64,000 nucleotides of DNA. Source: Balanoglossus misakiensis. Its lineage: Eukaryota > Animalia > Hemichordata. The stretch lies in the NCBI GenBank assembly GCA_040954595.2, contig JBECUI020000025.1:248001-312000 (forward strand), given 5' to 3'. The position numbers were made by a program, and so were the translations under genes. Within the stretch, counting starts at the first letter, position 1, and each line of letters opens with the position of its first letter. Below, piece by piece: positions 1-11,393 of this stretch. Below the pieces are notes generated by a model, which saw only the letters and a list, made by a program, of their open reading frames with translations, was not told the origin of the DNA and searched no databases.

Positions 1-1
1 T

Positions 2-1030
2 CGGATTATCGGCTCCATCCGCTTTTGGTTTCGCGAAGAAATAAAGGCCGTATTGGCATTTGTCCGTCTGCTTGTTAACCCACGCGATCTCATTGCTTTC
101 AAACGGGTATACCAAAATTTCATTCCCGCCTTCGGTGCCGTTAGTTTCAACAAAATAAACAACTATATTGAAGAACATGCGCAAGCTGATATTTTTATTG
201 CACTAACTAAATTTGAGTTCGGCGTAAAAGCTACTCAGTCAGTAAAACAATTTCTTTATCTATACGAGAACTTACGGACTATGCAGGATCGCCCTCTCTC
301 CGACCTGATAACAGCCATTATTGAAAAATCCACCATCATGCAATACTATGAAAAAAAAGACGCAGATACCATGCAATCACGGGTGGAAAACCTAGATGAA
401 ATTGTCCATGCTGCTCATTCATACGGTGCCGGCATGCAGGAGGTGATACGTTTTGTGGAATCGGCGGATTTGAACAGGCAAGAAGAACCAACCGAACCCG
501 ACGCACCTACTCCGGTTGTCCTTGTTACCATGCATAGTTCAAAGGGCTTGGAGTTTGATCGGGTTATGATTTCAGGGTTAGCTAATGAAATTTTTCCTGG
601 GCAATATGAGAACAAAGACGAGTTAGAAGACGAACGACGGCTCCTATATGTAGCCATTACCCGTGCAAAACAGGAATTAATTTTGAACTATTCCCAACAA
701 GGCTTTGTTCGCAGAAAAATGATGTCCCTTACCCCTACCTGCTTTCTTTCCGAGATACCGCTCAACGATTTGACTGTTCATCAGCGCAAAGCAGCCTACG
801 CAGCAGCACAAAGAAGCACCCCCAGACCCCCCAAGCTATCCCGACCAATACAACGGAACAAGACGAAATGGCTAAGCGGCATGCGGGTTAAACATGCAAG
901 CTATGGGGAAGGCAGCATTATCGACGTTGCAAGATCTGCTACACGTGAATTAATTATCATTCGTTTTCAAAACGGAACTAACAAAACTTTTCTTTCCGAG
1001 TACGTTCAGGGGCTGACTATTTTGTCATGA
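2..1030 (+). CDS. UvrD/PcrA-family ATP-dependent DNA helicase, 5'-truncated by the window edge
   Basis: The frame is open from base 2 (RIIGSIRFWFREEIKAVLAF...). It has helicase motifs V/VI (TMHSSKGLEF, DERRLLYVAITRAK) and a C-terminal tudor-like RVKHASYGEG. Confidence 0.9.
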   Translation, partial: RIIGSIRFWFREEIKAVLAFVRLLVNPRDLIAFKRVYQNFIPAFGAVSFNKINNYIEEHAQADIFIALTKFEFGVKATQSVKQFLYLYENLRTMQDRPLSDLITAIIEKSTIMQYYEKKDADTMQSRVENLDEIVHAAHSYGAGMQEVIRFVESADLNRQEEPTEPDAPTPVVLVTMHSSKGLEFDRVMISGLANEIFPGQYENKDELEDERRLLYVAITRAKQELILNYSQQGFVRRKMMSLTPTCFLSEIPLNDLTVHQRKAAYAAAQRSTPRPPKLSRPIQRNKTKWLSGMRVKHASYGEGSIIDVARSATRELIIIRFQNGTNKTFLSEYVQGLTILS

Positions 1031-1839
1031 TTATTGATGATATCCTATTTCAACAAATTCCACGTTTGAAGCGTGCTTCTGGTTACTACCTCTATGCGGA
1101 AAACGGGCAACGCTACATAGATTTTTTTCAGGAAGGTGGACATGCTCTGCTGGGACACCGTCCGACTGCTGTATCCAAGGCATTAAAAAACTCTCTCTCG
1201 CACGGCACATGGGGAAGCCTTCCTTCCTTTAATACAATGCATCTTATTCGCTCAATAGGAACCCTCTTACCGGGTTGGTTTCCCTCCGAAATAGCATTTT
1301 CTTGGAACAGTCTTTCTCTCTCTCATTACTCAATATACGATCCCGCAACAAAAACATGGTGGAGTTGGACTCCTGAGCACGCACTACAGATTGAACCAAA
1401 ACCGAAGAAGAATGCGATATGTCTCTGGCGTCCTTTTCTTCATCTCGAAACAAGCACTCTTGCAGAAGATTTTTCTTACCTGGTGCCCATACTGCCGCTC
1501 CCCATTGCCCCCTTTCCCTTATTGCTCTGTACCCCGGAACAATCTAACAACATTACAGGCAGCTGTTCCGCCTTCCTCTTGGCGGCATTAGTACGCACAA
1601 TCCATAATCTCATTCAGACTGATGAGAGGCATAATGAAATAATCCTTCCGAAGGGCTGGCAAAATCGGGGGCCATACATGGTATATGGGGGAAGTAAGGA
1701 GGAATACCGTCAAATATTTGCACATTTTTTTAATTATAATGTACTTCTGCCCCCTTCTCGACACTATCCGGCAATATATCCGTATCAAATAACTGAACAT
1801 ATAGAAAAAAATTATAACAAGATACTTCGATTATCTTGA
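1027..1839 (+). CDS. Class-III-aminotransferase-like protein (N-terminal similarity only)
   Basis: The N-terminus RASGYYLYAENGQRYIDF...LLGH matches class III aminotransferase starts. ATGA overlap with the helicase. Confidence 0.55.
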   Translation: MIIDDILFQQIPRLKRASGYYLYAENGQRYIDFFQEGGHALLGHRPTAVSKALKNSLSHGTWGSLPSFNTMHLIRSIGTLLPGWFPSEIAFSWNSLSLSHYSIYDPATKTWWSWTPEHALQIEPKPKKNAICLWRPFLHLETSTLAEDFSYLVPILPLPIAPFPLLLCTPEQSNNITGSCSAFLLAALVRTIHNLIQTDERHNEIILPKGWQNRGPYMVYGGSKEEYRQIFAHFFNYNVLLPPSRHYPAIYPYQITEHIEKNYNKILRLS

Positions 1840-1888
1840 CATTTTTTTTTATATATGAAATAATTAAGTAAATTACAGTGAGGTAATA

Positions 1889-2119
1889 ATGAAGTCTATT
1901 TTGATTTCTCTTATATTAGTGCTAGTTTCGCTCTACTTGGTCTTGCCTGTTTCGTGGGCATTAAACTGGTGGGAAGATGTAATTCAAGTAATTCGTGGTA
2001 TATTACCCATATTTTTATGGCTGGCTGCATTTATAGCCTTTATAGTAGGGTTAGCAAATATAAAAGACAACCAGGCAGCAAAAAAGGAAACAAAAACAAT
2101 CGAGAAAGAGCTAAAATAG
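1889..2119 (+). CDS. Small two-TM membrane protein
   Basis: GAGG RBS, two hydrophobic segments, basic tail. Confidence 0.7.
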   Translation: MKSILISLILVLVSLYLVLPVSWALNWWEDVIQVIRGILPIFLWLAAFIAFIVGLANIKDNQAAKKETKTIEKELK

Positions 2120-2191
2120 CTATGAACACAAAAAGTACTAAACAAGTTTTAAGTCTTTTTGAAATTTCTTGATTAAATTGATATAAATGAG

Positions 2192-2220
2192 TTGCAATAC
2201 ATGGAACTATGTATTATAAT
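2192..2220 (+). promoter_or_regulatory. Sigma70-type promoter of rplM-rpsI
   Basis: TTGCAA (2192-2197), 17-bp spacer, TATAAT (2215-2220). Confidence 0.6.
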
Positions 2221-2247
2221 ATAAGCATTACTAAGAGAGGATATAAT

Positions 2248-2676
2248 TTGAAAACAGTTAGTGTATCTGTATTACAAGTAGAAAAAAAATGGTATCTGAT
2301 TGATGCTAAAGATACGCCCCTTGGAAAAGTTGCAGTAAAAGCTGCCACATTGCTGCGGGGCAAGCATAAGGCAGAGTTTACCCCGAATTATGACCTAGGC
2401 GACTATGTTGTTATTATCAATGCTGAGAAGGCAGTTCTTACCGGTAGAAAGGTCGATCAGAAGATGTATTACAAACATAGTGGGTATATCGGGTCTCTCA
2501 AAGCAAGCAATTACAAAACGCTTGTTGCAAAGAAACCTATATATCCAATGGAGCATGCCATTCGTGGTATGCTACCACATAATCGACTGGGTCGGCTTTT
2601 GTTTCGGCATGTAAAGGTGTTTGCCGGAGAACATCATACTCATGTTGCGCAAAAACCGGAATTAATAGAGGTATAG
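2248..2676 (+). CDS. rplM: 50S ribosomal protein L13
   Basis: KWYLIDA...LRGKHKAEFTP...GDYVVIINAEK...GMLPHN. Likely TTG start at 2248 after GAGAGG; the ORF track starts it at 2209. Confidence 0.97.
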   Translation: MKTVSVSVLQVEKKWYLIDAKDTPLGKVAVKAATLLRGKHKAEFTPNYDLGDYVVIINAEKAVLTGRKVDQKMYYKHSGYIGSLKASNYKTLVAKKPIYPMEHAIRGMLPHNRLGRLLFRHVKVFAGEHHTHVAQKPELIEV

Positions 2677-2680
2677 CACA

Positions 2681-3067
2681 ATGGAACAACAAAATGCTGT
2701 GGGGCGTAAAAAAACGGCAGTTGCCCGTATATATTTGAGAAAGGGTACAGGAAAAATTATTGTGAACGGTAAAGACCTGCACGTGTATTTTCCTACCCCA
2801 GAACATGTACAGGCAGTGCGGATTCCGCTTACCGTTACAGAAGCAACAACCGACTTTGACGTAGTTGTCAATGTAAAGGGTGGTGGCATTAGTGCACAAT
2901 CAGGTGCGATTAAGCATGGGTTATCCCGTGCTTTAGTGAAAGCTGATCAGAAATACCATTCGTTACTCCGTCCAGAAGGATTACTAACAAGAGATTCTCG
3001 GATGGTGGAACGGAAGAAGTATGGGCAACGAGGTGCTCGAAAGAAATTCCAATTCTCAAAGAGATAG
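2681..3067 (+). CDS. rpsI: 30S ribosomal protein S9
   Basis: GRKKTAVARI, GGGISAQSGA, RDSRMVERKKYG...QFSKR. Confidence 0.98.
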   Translation: MEQQNAVGRKKTAVARIYLRKGTGKIIVNGKDLHVYFPTPEHVQAVRIPLTVTEATTDFDVVVNVKGGGISAQSGAIKHGLSRALVKADQKYHSLLRPEGLLTRDSRMVERKKYGQRGARKKFQFSKR

Positions 3068-3130
3068 TCTCAAAGAGATAGGATATTTCGTGTACTTCAA
3101 TTATTTATATTATTTTATGGAGGGAGTTTT

Positions 3131-3787
3131 ATGGTAAAAAACCAATAAAAAAATAAGAATTTTTTCTGCACTAGAGATTGCAAATATCTGTGGGGTAGTA
3201 AATCAAACAGCCATTAATTGGATTAAGAAAGGTCATTTGCATGCCTTTATCACGCCCGGTGGGCAGTATAGGGTCTATGCAAGTGAATTGTTTAACTTTC
3301 TTTCAAGTCGAGGATGGAGATTCCTGAAGATTTAATTAAATTGCAACAGGAAGATAGTGGGTTGATACCCAGCATCCGAGACACGAAAGCAGAAACAAAG
3401 ATATTGGTAATATCGGAGCAAAAGGGAAGTGAGAAGAATTTTACTGAATTAATTGGTAAACTTCTTCCTTCCAACAGCTATTCGATAATACCGATTCATA
3501 CAGGATATGAAGCAAGCCAGGCAATTAGTCAAAACAAGCCCACCTTTGTCGTTATTGACACTGATACGCTTGAAGAAGACAAGGTTGCCATTATTAGAGA
3601 GTTTATTAATCAGCTAAAGAATCATAAAATACTTGATTATTTTTGCCAGCTTATTACGATTTCTTTTTCATCCCTAGATGCCTTTTCTCAAGAAAGAATT
3701 GAGTCTCTTGTGGACAAGAATACGTATAGTGATCCAAGTTTTTTACCAAAGCTTTTTGAAAAACTTGCTATGATTGTTGCTGCTTAG
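3131..3787 (+). CDS. Excisionase-type HTH DNA-binding protein with receiver-like C-terminal domain (two apparent frameshifts)
   Basis: The sequence upstream of ORF 3314 reads KIRIFSALEIANICGVVNQTAINWIKKGHLHAFITPGGQYRV (HTH_17-like). ATG at 3131 follows GGAG. Single-base slips lie near 3136-3140 and near 3312. Confidence 0.75.
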
Positions 3788-3811
3788 TATCTCTTAGTGT
3801 ATTAATAGTAA

Positions 3812-3842
3812 AAAAAAACTCCCATAAACTGGGAGTTTTTTT
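3812..3842. terminator. Bidirectional intrinsic terminator
   Basis: AAAAAAACTCCCA-TAAAC-TGGGAGTTTTTTT between convergent genes. Confidence 0.85.
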
Positions 3843-3867
3843 ATTTTGCTTTTTTTTAAGAAGGGTT

Positions 3868-6035
<2,168 letters not shown>

Positions 6036-6167
6036 TACTACCTCATCTCGTGTTTGTACACATCTTTCTTCCTATAATACACTGATTCTCCATGCTAGTT
6101 CAAGTTATCCGGTAATATTAATACTTTTTACTTGACAATTTCAATTTTTTCTACATACGTATGTAGT

Positions 6168-6764
6168 ATGAAAGTAATATTATTTACCATAATAATGATT
6201 GTTGCTATACTTACTGACGGTATGGCTCTGGAGGAAAATTCCATGCAAACAGATAAGCAATCAGCAACTCTCGTTCTTGGCGGAGGTTGTTTCTGGTGTG
6301 TCGAAGCGGTATATGAACACTTGGATGGAGTAACAGATGTCGTATCGGGATATGCAGGTGGAAGGGTAAAAAACCCTTCTTATTCGGATGTTTCGAGAGG
6401 AACAAGCGGCCATGCGGAAGTCGTACGCATTACCTACACTCCCAGTCGTATTAGCCATGAAGAACTTCTTAATTGGTTCTGGCGGGCACACGATCCAACA
6501 ACACTCAATCGTCAAGGTGCTGACATCGGTACACAGTATCGCTCTATCATCTTTTATTCCAATGCGGAAGAAAAACAGCGTATTGAAGTATCGCTCCAAC
6601 GCGAAGCTGCCACCCTTTCAAAGCCGATCGTTACTGAGGTAAAACAACTGGATGTCTTCTACCCTGCGGAAGGGTATCATCAAGATTACTACGCAAAAAA
6701 TCCACAAGCGGGCTATTGTGCTGTCGTAATAAAACCCAAACTGAAAAAACTTGATTTATACTAA
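6168..6764 (+). CDS. msrA: Peptide methionine sulfoxide reductase A, with N-terminal signal-like segment
   Basis: GGGCFWCVE, SGYAGG, HDPTTLNRQGADIGTQYRS, AEGYHQDY. ATG at 6168 is preferred over TTG at 6132. Confidence 0.96.
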   Translation: MKVILFTIIMIVAILTDGMALEENSMQTDKQSATLVLGGGCFWCVEAVYEHLDGVTDVVSGYAGGRVKNPSYSDVSRGTSGHAEVVRITYTPSRISHEELLNWFWRAHDPTTLNRQGADIGTQYRSIIFYSNAEEKQRIEVSLQREAATLSKPIVTEVKQLDVFYPAEGYHQDYYAKNPQAGYCAVVIKPKLKKLDLY

Positions 6765-6773
6765 ACGGCCGGC

Positions 6774-7862
6774 GTGAACTTATCTCCTTTCCAACCACGA
6801 CTACGCGCAGAGATGACCGATAAGAATGACCCGCGAGGTGATTTTTTTCGAGATCTAACCGCAATTCTTCACGAACCCTCATTCCGGAGGATGAAAAATA
6901 AGACACAGGTCTTCATTGCTCCGAGAAATGAACATGTTTGTACTCGCATTGAACACGTACTGCATGTAGCAAGTATTGCTGTTACCATTTGTCGCTCACT
7001 TGAATTAGATACCGAGCTTGCATGGGCAGCCTCGCTTGGACATGACTTGGGACATACCCCCTTCGGACATAGTGGCGAAGAGACCATTAACCGACTGAAG
7101 GGTTCAAAAACATATCCTTTTCATCATGAATTACATTCACTCAGAATTGTCGATCGACTGGCAAAACGGGGGAAGGGCTTAAATCTGACCTACGCGGTAC
7201 GAGACGGCATTGTCTCTCATTGTGGAGAAATGTTTGAACAAGAGTTACGCCCGAGCTTGACAATAAAGGATCTCTCCGCAATCCATAGCCTATCCTCCAT
7301 AATCCCTGCTACTTTGGAAGGATGTGCCGTACGTTTCGCTGATAAAATTGCCTACCTAGGCAGAGACTTCGAAGATGCTGTCCGTCTTGGGATCTGTACG
7401 GAACAAGAATTGCCGACGATCTGTCGCAAGGTACTTGGTGCCCGGAATAGCCGCATTATTGATACCTTGGTACGTGATCTCATTGATACTACAAAAAAAA
7501 ATGGTTCTATGGGGTTCACTGATACAAGCTACGAGGCATTTCTCGCCCTGAAAGATTTTAATGTTTCCCATATCTACCAGCGAAACTATCAAAAATGCAA
7601 AAAGTATATTGATACTGTATTAACGAATCTATGGTCTCACTACGGTGAAATTCTTGATAAACACAGGGAGAATGTGGACGCCTATACAGCGGTCGGCCAA
7701 CACGAACAACGTTTTACTACCTATCTCAAACGTTATTACGAGTTTTATGAACATCAGGATAACTGGGACAATGCATTAGTTGATTACTTAGCGGGAATGA
7801 CCGACAACGATGCCATTGACAACATGAGCGAGATACTCCTCCCCTCCCGGTTTACTGCTTGA
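6774..7862 (+). CDS. HD-domain dGTP triphosphohydrolase-like protein
   Basis: FRRMKNKTQVF, TRIEHVLHV, GHDLGHTPFGHSGE, ADKIAY, DYLAGMTD. Confidence 0.92.
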   Translation: MNLSPFQPRLRAEMTDKNDPRGDFFRDLTAILHEPSFRRMKNKTQVFIAPRNEHVCTRIEHVLHVASIAVTICRSLELDTELAWAASLGHDLGHTPFGHSGEETINRLKGSKTYPFHHELHSLRIVDRLAKRGKGLNLTYAVRDGIVSHCGEMFEQELRPSLTIKDLSAIHSLSSIIPATLEGCAVRFADKIAYLGRDFEDAVRLGICTEQELPTICRKVLGARNSRIIDTLVRDLIDTTKKNGSMGFTDTSYEAFLALKDFNVSHIYQRNYQKCKKYIDTVLTNLWSHYGEILDKHRENVDAYTAVGQHEQRFTTYLKRYYEFYEHQDNWDNALVDYLAGMTDNDAIDNMSEILLPSRFTA

Positions 7863-7897
7863 ATCCTTTGCCCGAATATGTCATAATGCTGCCTATC

Positions 7898-8419
7898 ATG
7901 AACCCTCAAGATAAGAGTAGTTTGCGGAAAAATATCCGCCTACGGTTTTGTAATCCTTCTCAGAACTTTCTTATGAACCGTAATAACTTTGATTCTGCTA
8001 TTGCTGAGCAGGTCTTCCAAAGCACTGCATGGAAAAAACATAGTGCCGTTCATGTTTATCGTTCAATGAGTGATGAAGTCGCCACTGATCACATTATGAG
8101 ACAAGCACAGAAAGAAAATAAACTCCTGTATATTCCTCCTCAGGCTTCATATCAAGAAGAAATATCACGAATAAAAGCTGATGAGCTCCTTGTTATTGCA
8201 CCGGGGCGTGCATTTGACATGCAGGGGAATCGACTGGGGCGAGGTGGTGGATACTATGACCGGCTTTTTTTTCATTTGCCAATGCCATATACGGCAATTG
8301 GTCTTTGCTACTCATTTCAATTACTAGACAAGATTCCAATTTTCCCATATGATAAAACAGTATATTGTGTGTTAACAGAAAAAACTCAGAGTCACATAAG
8401 CCAGACTACAAGGATTTAA
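7898..8419 (+). CDS. 5-formyltetrahydrofolate cyclo-ligase
   Basis: APGRAFDMQGNRLGRGGGYYDR signature. The start is uncertain (frame open from 7859). Confidence 0.92.
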   Translation: MNPQDKSSLRKNIRLRFCNPSQNFLMNRNNFDSAIAEQVFQSTAWKKHSAVHVYRSMSDEVATDHIMRQAQKENKLLYIPPQASYQEEISRIKADELLVIAPGRAFDMQGNRLGRGGGYYDRLFFHLPMPYTAIGLCYSFQLLDKIPIFPYDKTVYCVLTEKTQSHISQTTRI

Positions 8420-8421
8420 TT

Positions 8422-9600
8422 GTGAAAGAAAATATAGATTTTACCAAGCCACCAGGAGGGTACGACCCGAAAGACACTGTAAGAAGACAAGATTGGGTTA
8501 CTGCCCATACACCTGTATCATTAAATGATGCAAAACTTCCTGATACAAACGACCTACAGGGAATTATTGAATACCATGCCGGATACGTCCCGGTTCCCAT
8601 GGCGGTTGTCGGACCATTAGTTATTAATGGTTCGTATGCAAAGGGCCGTTTTATTGTTCCCATCTGTACTGTCGAAGGTGCACTGGCAATCTCCATGTGT
8701 CGTGGTATGCTTGCAACATCGAAATCAGGTGGTATTAATACTACCCATATTAAACAGGAAATTAGTCGTAGCCCGGTGTTTTTTGTTGCGAACATTAAAG
8801 ATATATCAAAATTTGTTACATGGGTCGAAGCAAATTTCGAGGAAATAAAACGGGTTGCCGAATCAACAACCAAACACGGCAAACTCAAACGCATAGAGCC
8901 GCATATTGTGCATAAATGGATTGTCTTGGATATGATATATAGTACTGGGAATGCTGCAGGACAAAACATGGTTACCATTGCAAGTAACGAGGCAAGCAGA
9001 TTCATTGCGGCAAAAACAGGTCTTGAGTTTATTCTGGAGTCCGGATTTAATAGTGATAAAAAACCGTCGAGGAAAAATCTCTTGAATGGTCGTGGACACT
9101 ACGTCATTAGTGATGTTGTCTTAACAAAGCAGGTACTGCAAAGACTGCTTCATACGAACGCAGAAGCGGTGAACAAACTCCAGGATGTCTCTTTGTCCAT
9201 TAAGCATTCAATCGGTAGCCTCGGGGCATACCTCAATATTGCCAATGCACTATGCAGTCTCTACATTGCAACGGGACAAGATGTTGCTTGTGCTGCAGAA
9301 AATTCTGTCGGTCATCTACAGGTAAAACCTATCGGTTCTGATATACAAGTAAGTTTAACCCTTCCATCTCTCACTGTCGGGACGGTTGGCGGTGGAACAA
9401 GACTGCCTGTCCAACAAAAAAACCTAGAGATGCTCGGTTGCTTAGGAAAAGATGAATTTTCGGCATATAAACTAGCAGAAATTGCAACTGCTGCTACTCT
9501 GGCACTAGAAATATCATTGTTGGCATCTATTGTTTCAAATACATTTGCAACAGCTCATCTACAATATGGAAGAGAAAATACAAAGGACAGAACACTATGA
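8422..9600 (+). CDS. HMG-CoA reductase (class I-like)
   Basis: CTVEGAL, GNAAGQNMVT, SDKK, ATGQD, GTVGGGT and a C-terminal His (HLQYGR). GTG start after AAGGA. Confidence 0.88.
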   Translation: MKENIDFTKPPGGYDPKDTVRRQDWVTAHTPVSLNDAKLPDTNDLQGIIEYHAGYVPVPMAVVGPLVINGSYAKGRFIVPICTVEGALAISMCRGMLATSKSGGINTTHIKQEISRSPVFFVANIKDISKFVTWVEANFEEIKRVAESTTKHGKLKRIEPHIVHKWIVLDMIYSTGNAAGQNMVTIASNEASRFIAAKTGLEFILESGFNSDKKPSRKNLLNGRGHYVISDVVLTKQVLQRLLHTNAEAVNKLQDVSLSIKHSIGSLGAYLNIANALCSLYIATGQDVACAAENSVGHLQVKPIGSDIQVSLTLPSLTVGTVGGGTRLPVQQKNLEMLGCLGKDEFSAYKLAEIATAATLALEISLLASIVSNTFATAHLQYGRENTKDRTL

Positions 9601-11393
9601 AAAAAAAACAAGCAAGTAATGAACAGGTAGAAAATATTCTACAAAAACATCGCTGGGGATACGAAGATACACAGTTTACTGTCCTGCCCGACCGTTCGGT
9701 CGCCGTTAGTGGAACTCGTTATCCTGTTTCGGGCAAACATTTGCCGTATTTCGTGCCCTTCATAGAAAAGGTACTTGATATGTCCCTAGACACGTCAAAG
9801 TTTATTGATGAGGTCGTCGATAAACCTGTTCCCAAGCCGAAAAAGAATAAGGATTTCTGCACGGAGATTGCGGCAAAGTTCTCTGAAGATGTATATAGCT
9901 TTAATGACGAAGAACGATTAATACATAGCCACGGACAAACAACAACTGATGAAATATATCGGGTGCTCTACAAATCAATACAACGGGTTGTAGATATGGT
10001 CTTTTACTGTAGCAACGAAAAACAGGCTTTACTACTTGTAAAATTAGCACAAAAACACAATGTATGCCTTATCCCCTACGGCGGAGGCACGAGTGTTAGC
10101 TGTGCTCTTCAAATAGCACCGAAGGAACGCCGTATGGTGGTATCGGTTGATACCCGTCGGATGAATAAGATTGAGTGGATTGATAAGGAAAATGCTCGGG
10201 CATGTATTCAAGCAGGCATTGTCGGGGTTGACCTAGAAGAACAATTACAGGCTGAGGGATTTACGACCGGACATGAGCCGGATAGTATAGAATTTTCAAC
10301 CCTCGGTGGATGGATTGCAACGTTTGCAAGCGGTATGAAACGGAACAAATACGGCAATATCGAAGATATTGTAGAACATATTAGCATTATAACACCGAAG
10401 GGGGTACTGGAACAAAAACAACAACTCCCACGCATCTCTATGGGGATACAACCTCAAACACTTATTTTCGGTAGTGAAGGGAATATGGGTCTTATTACGA
10501 AGGCGATTGTGAAACTACGCAAGGTGCCGGAGGTGCAGTACTATGAATCGGTCATTTTCCCTAATTTTGATGCGGGGGTCGCCTTTATGCACGATTTATC
10601 CCAGTCCGATCTCTTGCCTGCGAGTATTCGCTTGGTAGATAACTTGCAATTTCAGTTTGGTCTCGCACTTCGCAGTAAAGCGAATTTTATCAAAAAAATT
10701 GAACAGGCTGTACAACTTTATTTCCTGAAAAAGATTAAGAAGCTGGATATGGAAAAAATTGTTGTCTCCACCGTTGTCTTTGAGGGAAATAAGGATGAGG
10801 TGGTCCTGCAGAAAAAACATTTCCATGATGTAGTCAAACGACATAAGGGACTGCCCGCCGGGCATAGTAATGGCAAACGTGGATACACATTGACATTCCT
10901 TATTGCCTATTTGCGCGACTTTCTCCTATCCTATTCGATTCTAGGGGAAACCTATGAAACAACGGTGCATTGGAGTAACATACAGCATATCTGTGCCGCC
11001 ATTCAAGAAGAGGCTGAAAAACTCCATAAGAAGTTTTCCCTGCCCGGACGACCATACGTGTCGCCGCGGCTCACACAGATATACCGCACTGGAGCATGTA
11101 TATACTTTACCCATGGTTTTTATGCCGGCACAGTAAAAGATCCCGACCATATTTTTGCCACTATTGAACGAGCAATGCGCAGGGTTATTATTGACAACGG
11201 CGGATCAATTTCTCATCATCATGGAATTGGCAAACTTCGCAGTCCATTTATCTCCGATGTCATTGATAAGCTAGGTACATCAATCATACAGAGCATTAAA
11301 AAGACTTGTGACCCGAATAATATATTCGGTGTGGGCAACAATATATTTGCTCCTAAAACAAAAAAAACTGAACCTACTCAGGCAAAACGATAA
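9597..11393 (+). CDS. Alkyl-dihydroxyacetonephosphate synthase-like FAD oxidoreductase (AGPS/ADPS)
   Basis: WGYEDTQF, PYGGGTSV, GHEPDSIEFSTLGGW...ASGMKRNKYGNIED, GSEG, PASIRLVDNLQFQFG, GGSISHHHGIGKLR. These match animal AGPS motifs as I recall them. Confidence 0.85.
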   Translation: MKKKQASNEQVENILQKHRWGYEDTQFTVLPDRSVAVSGTRYPVSGKHLPYFVPFIEKVLDMSLDTSKFIDEVVDKPVPKPKKNKDFCTEIAAKFSEDVYSFNDEERLIHSHGQTTTDEIYRVLYKSIQRVVDMVFYCSNEKQALLLVKLAQKHNVCLIPYGGGTSVSCALQIAPKERRMVVSVDTRRMNKIEWIDKENARACIQAGIVGVDLEEQLQAEGFTTGHEPDSIEFSTLGGWIATFASGMKRNKYGNIEDIVEHISIITPKGVLEQKQQLPRISMGIQPQTLIFGSEGNMGLITKAIVKLRKVPEVQYYESVIFPNFDAGVAFMHDLSQSDLLPASIRLVDNLQFQFGLALRSKANFIKKIEQAVQLYFLKKIKKLDMEKIVVSTVVFEGNKDEVVLQKKHFHDVVKRHKGLPAGHSNGKRGYTLTFLIAYLRDFLLSYSILGETYETTVHWSNIQHICAAIQEEAEKLHKKFSLPGRPYVSPRLTQIYRTGACIYFTHGFYAGTVKDPDHIFATIERAMRRVIIDNGGSISHHHGIGKLRSPFISDVIDKLGTSIIQSIKKTCDPNNIFGVGNNIFAPKTKKTEPTQAKR

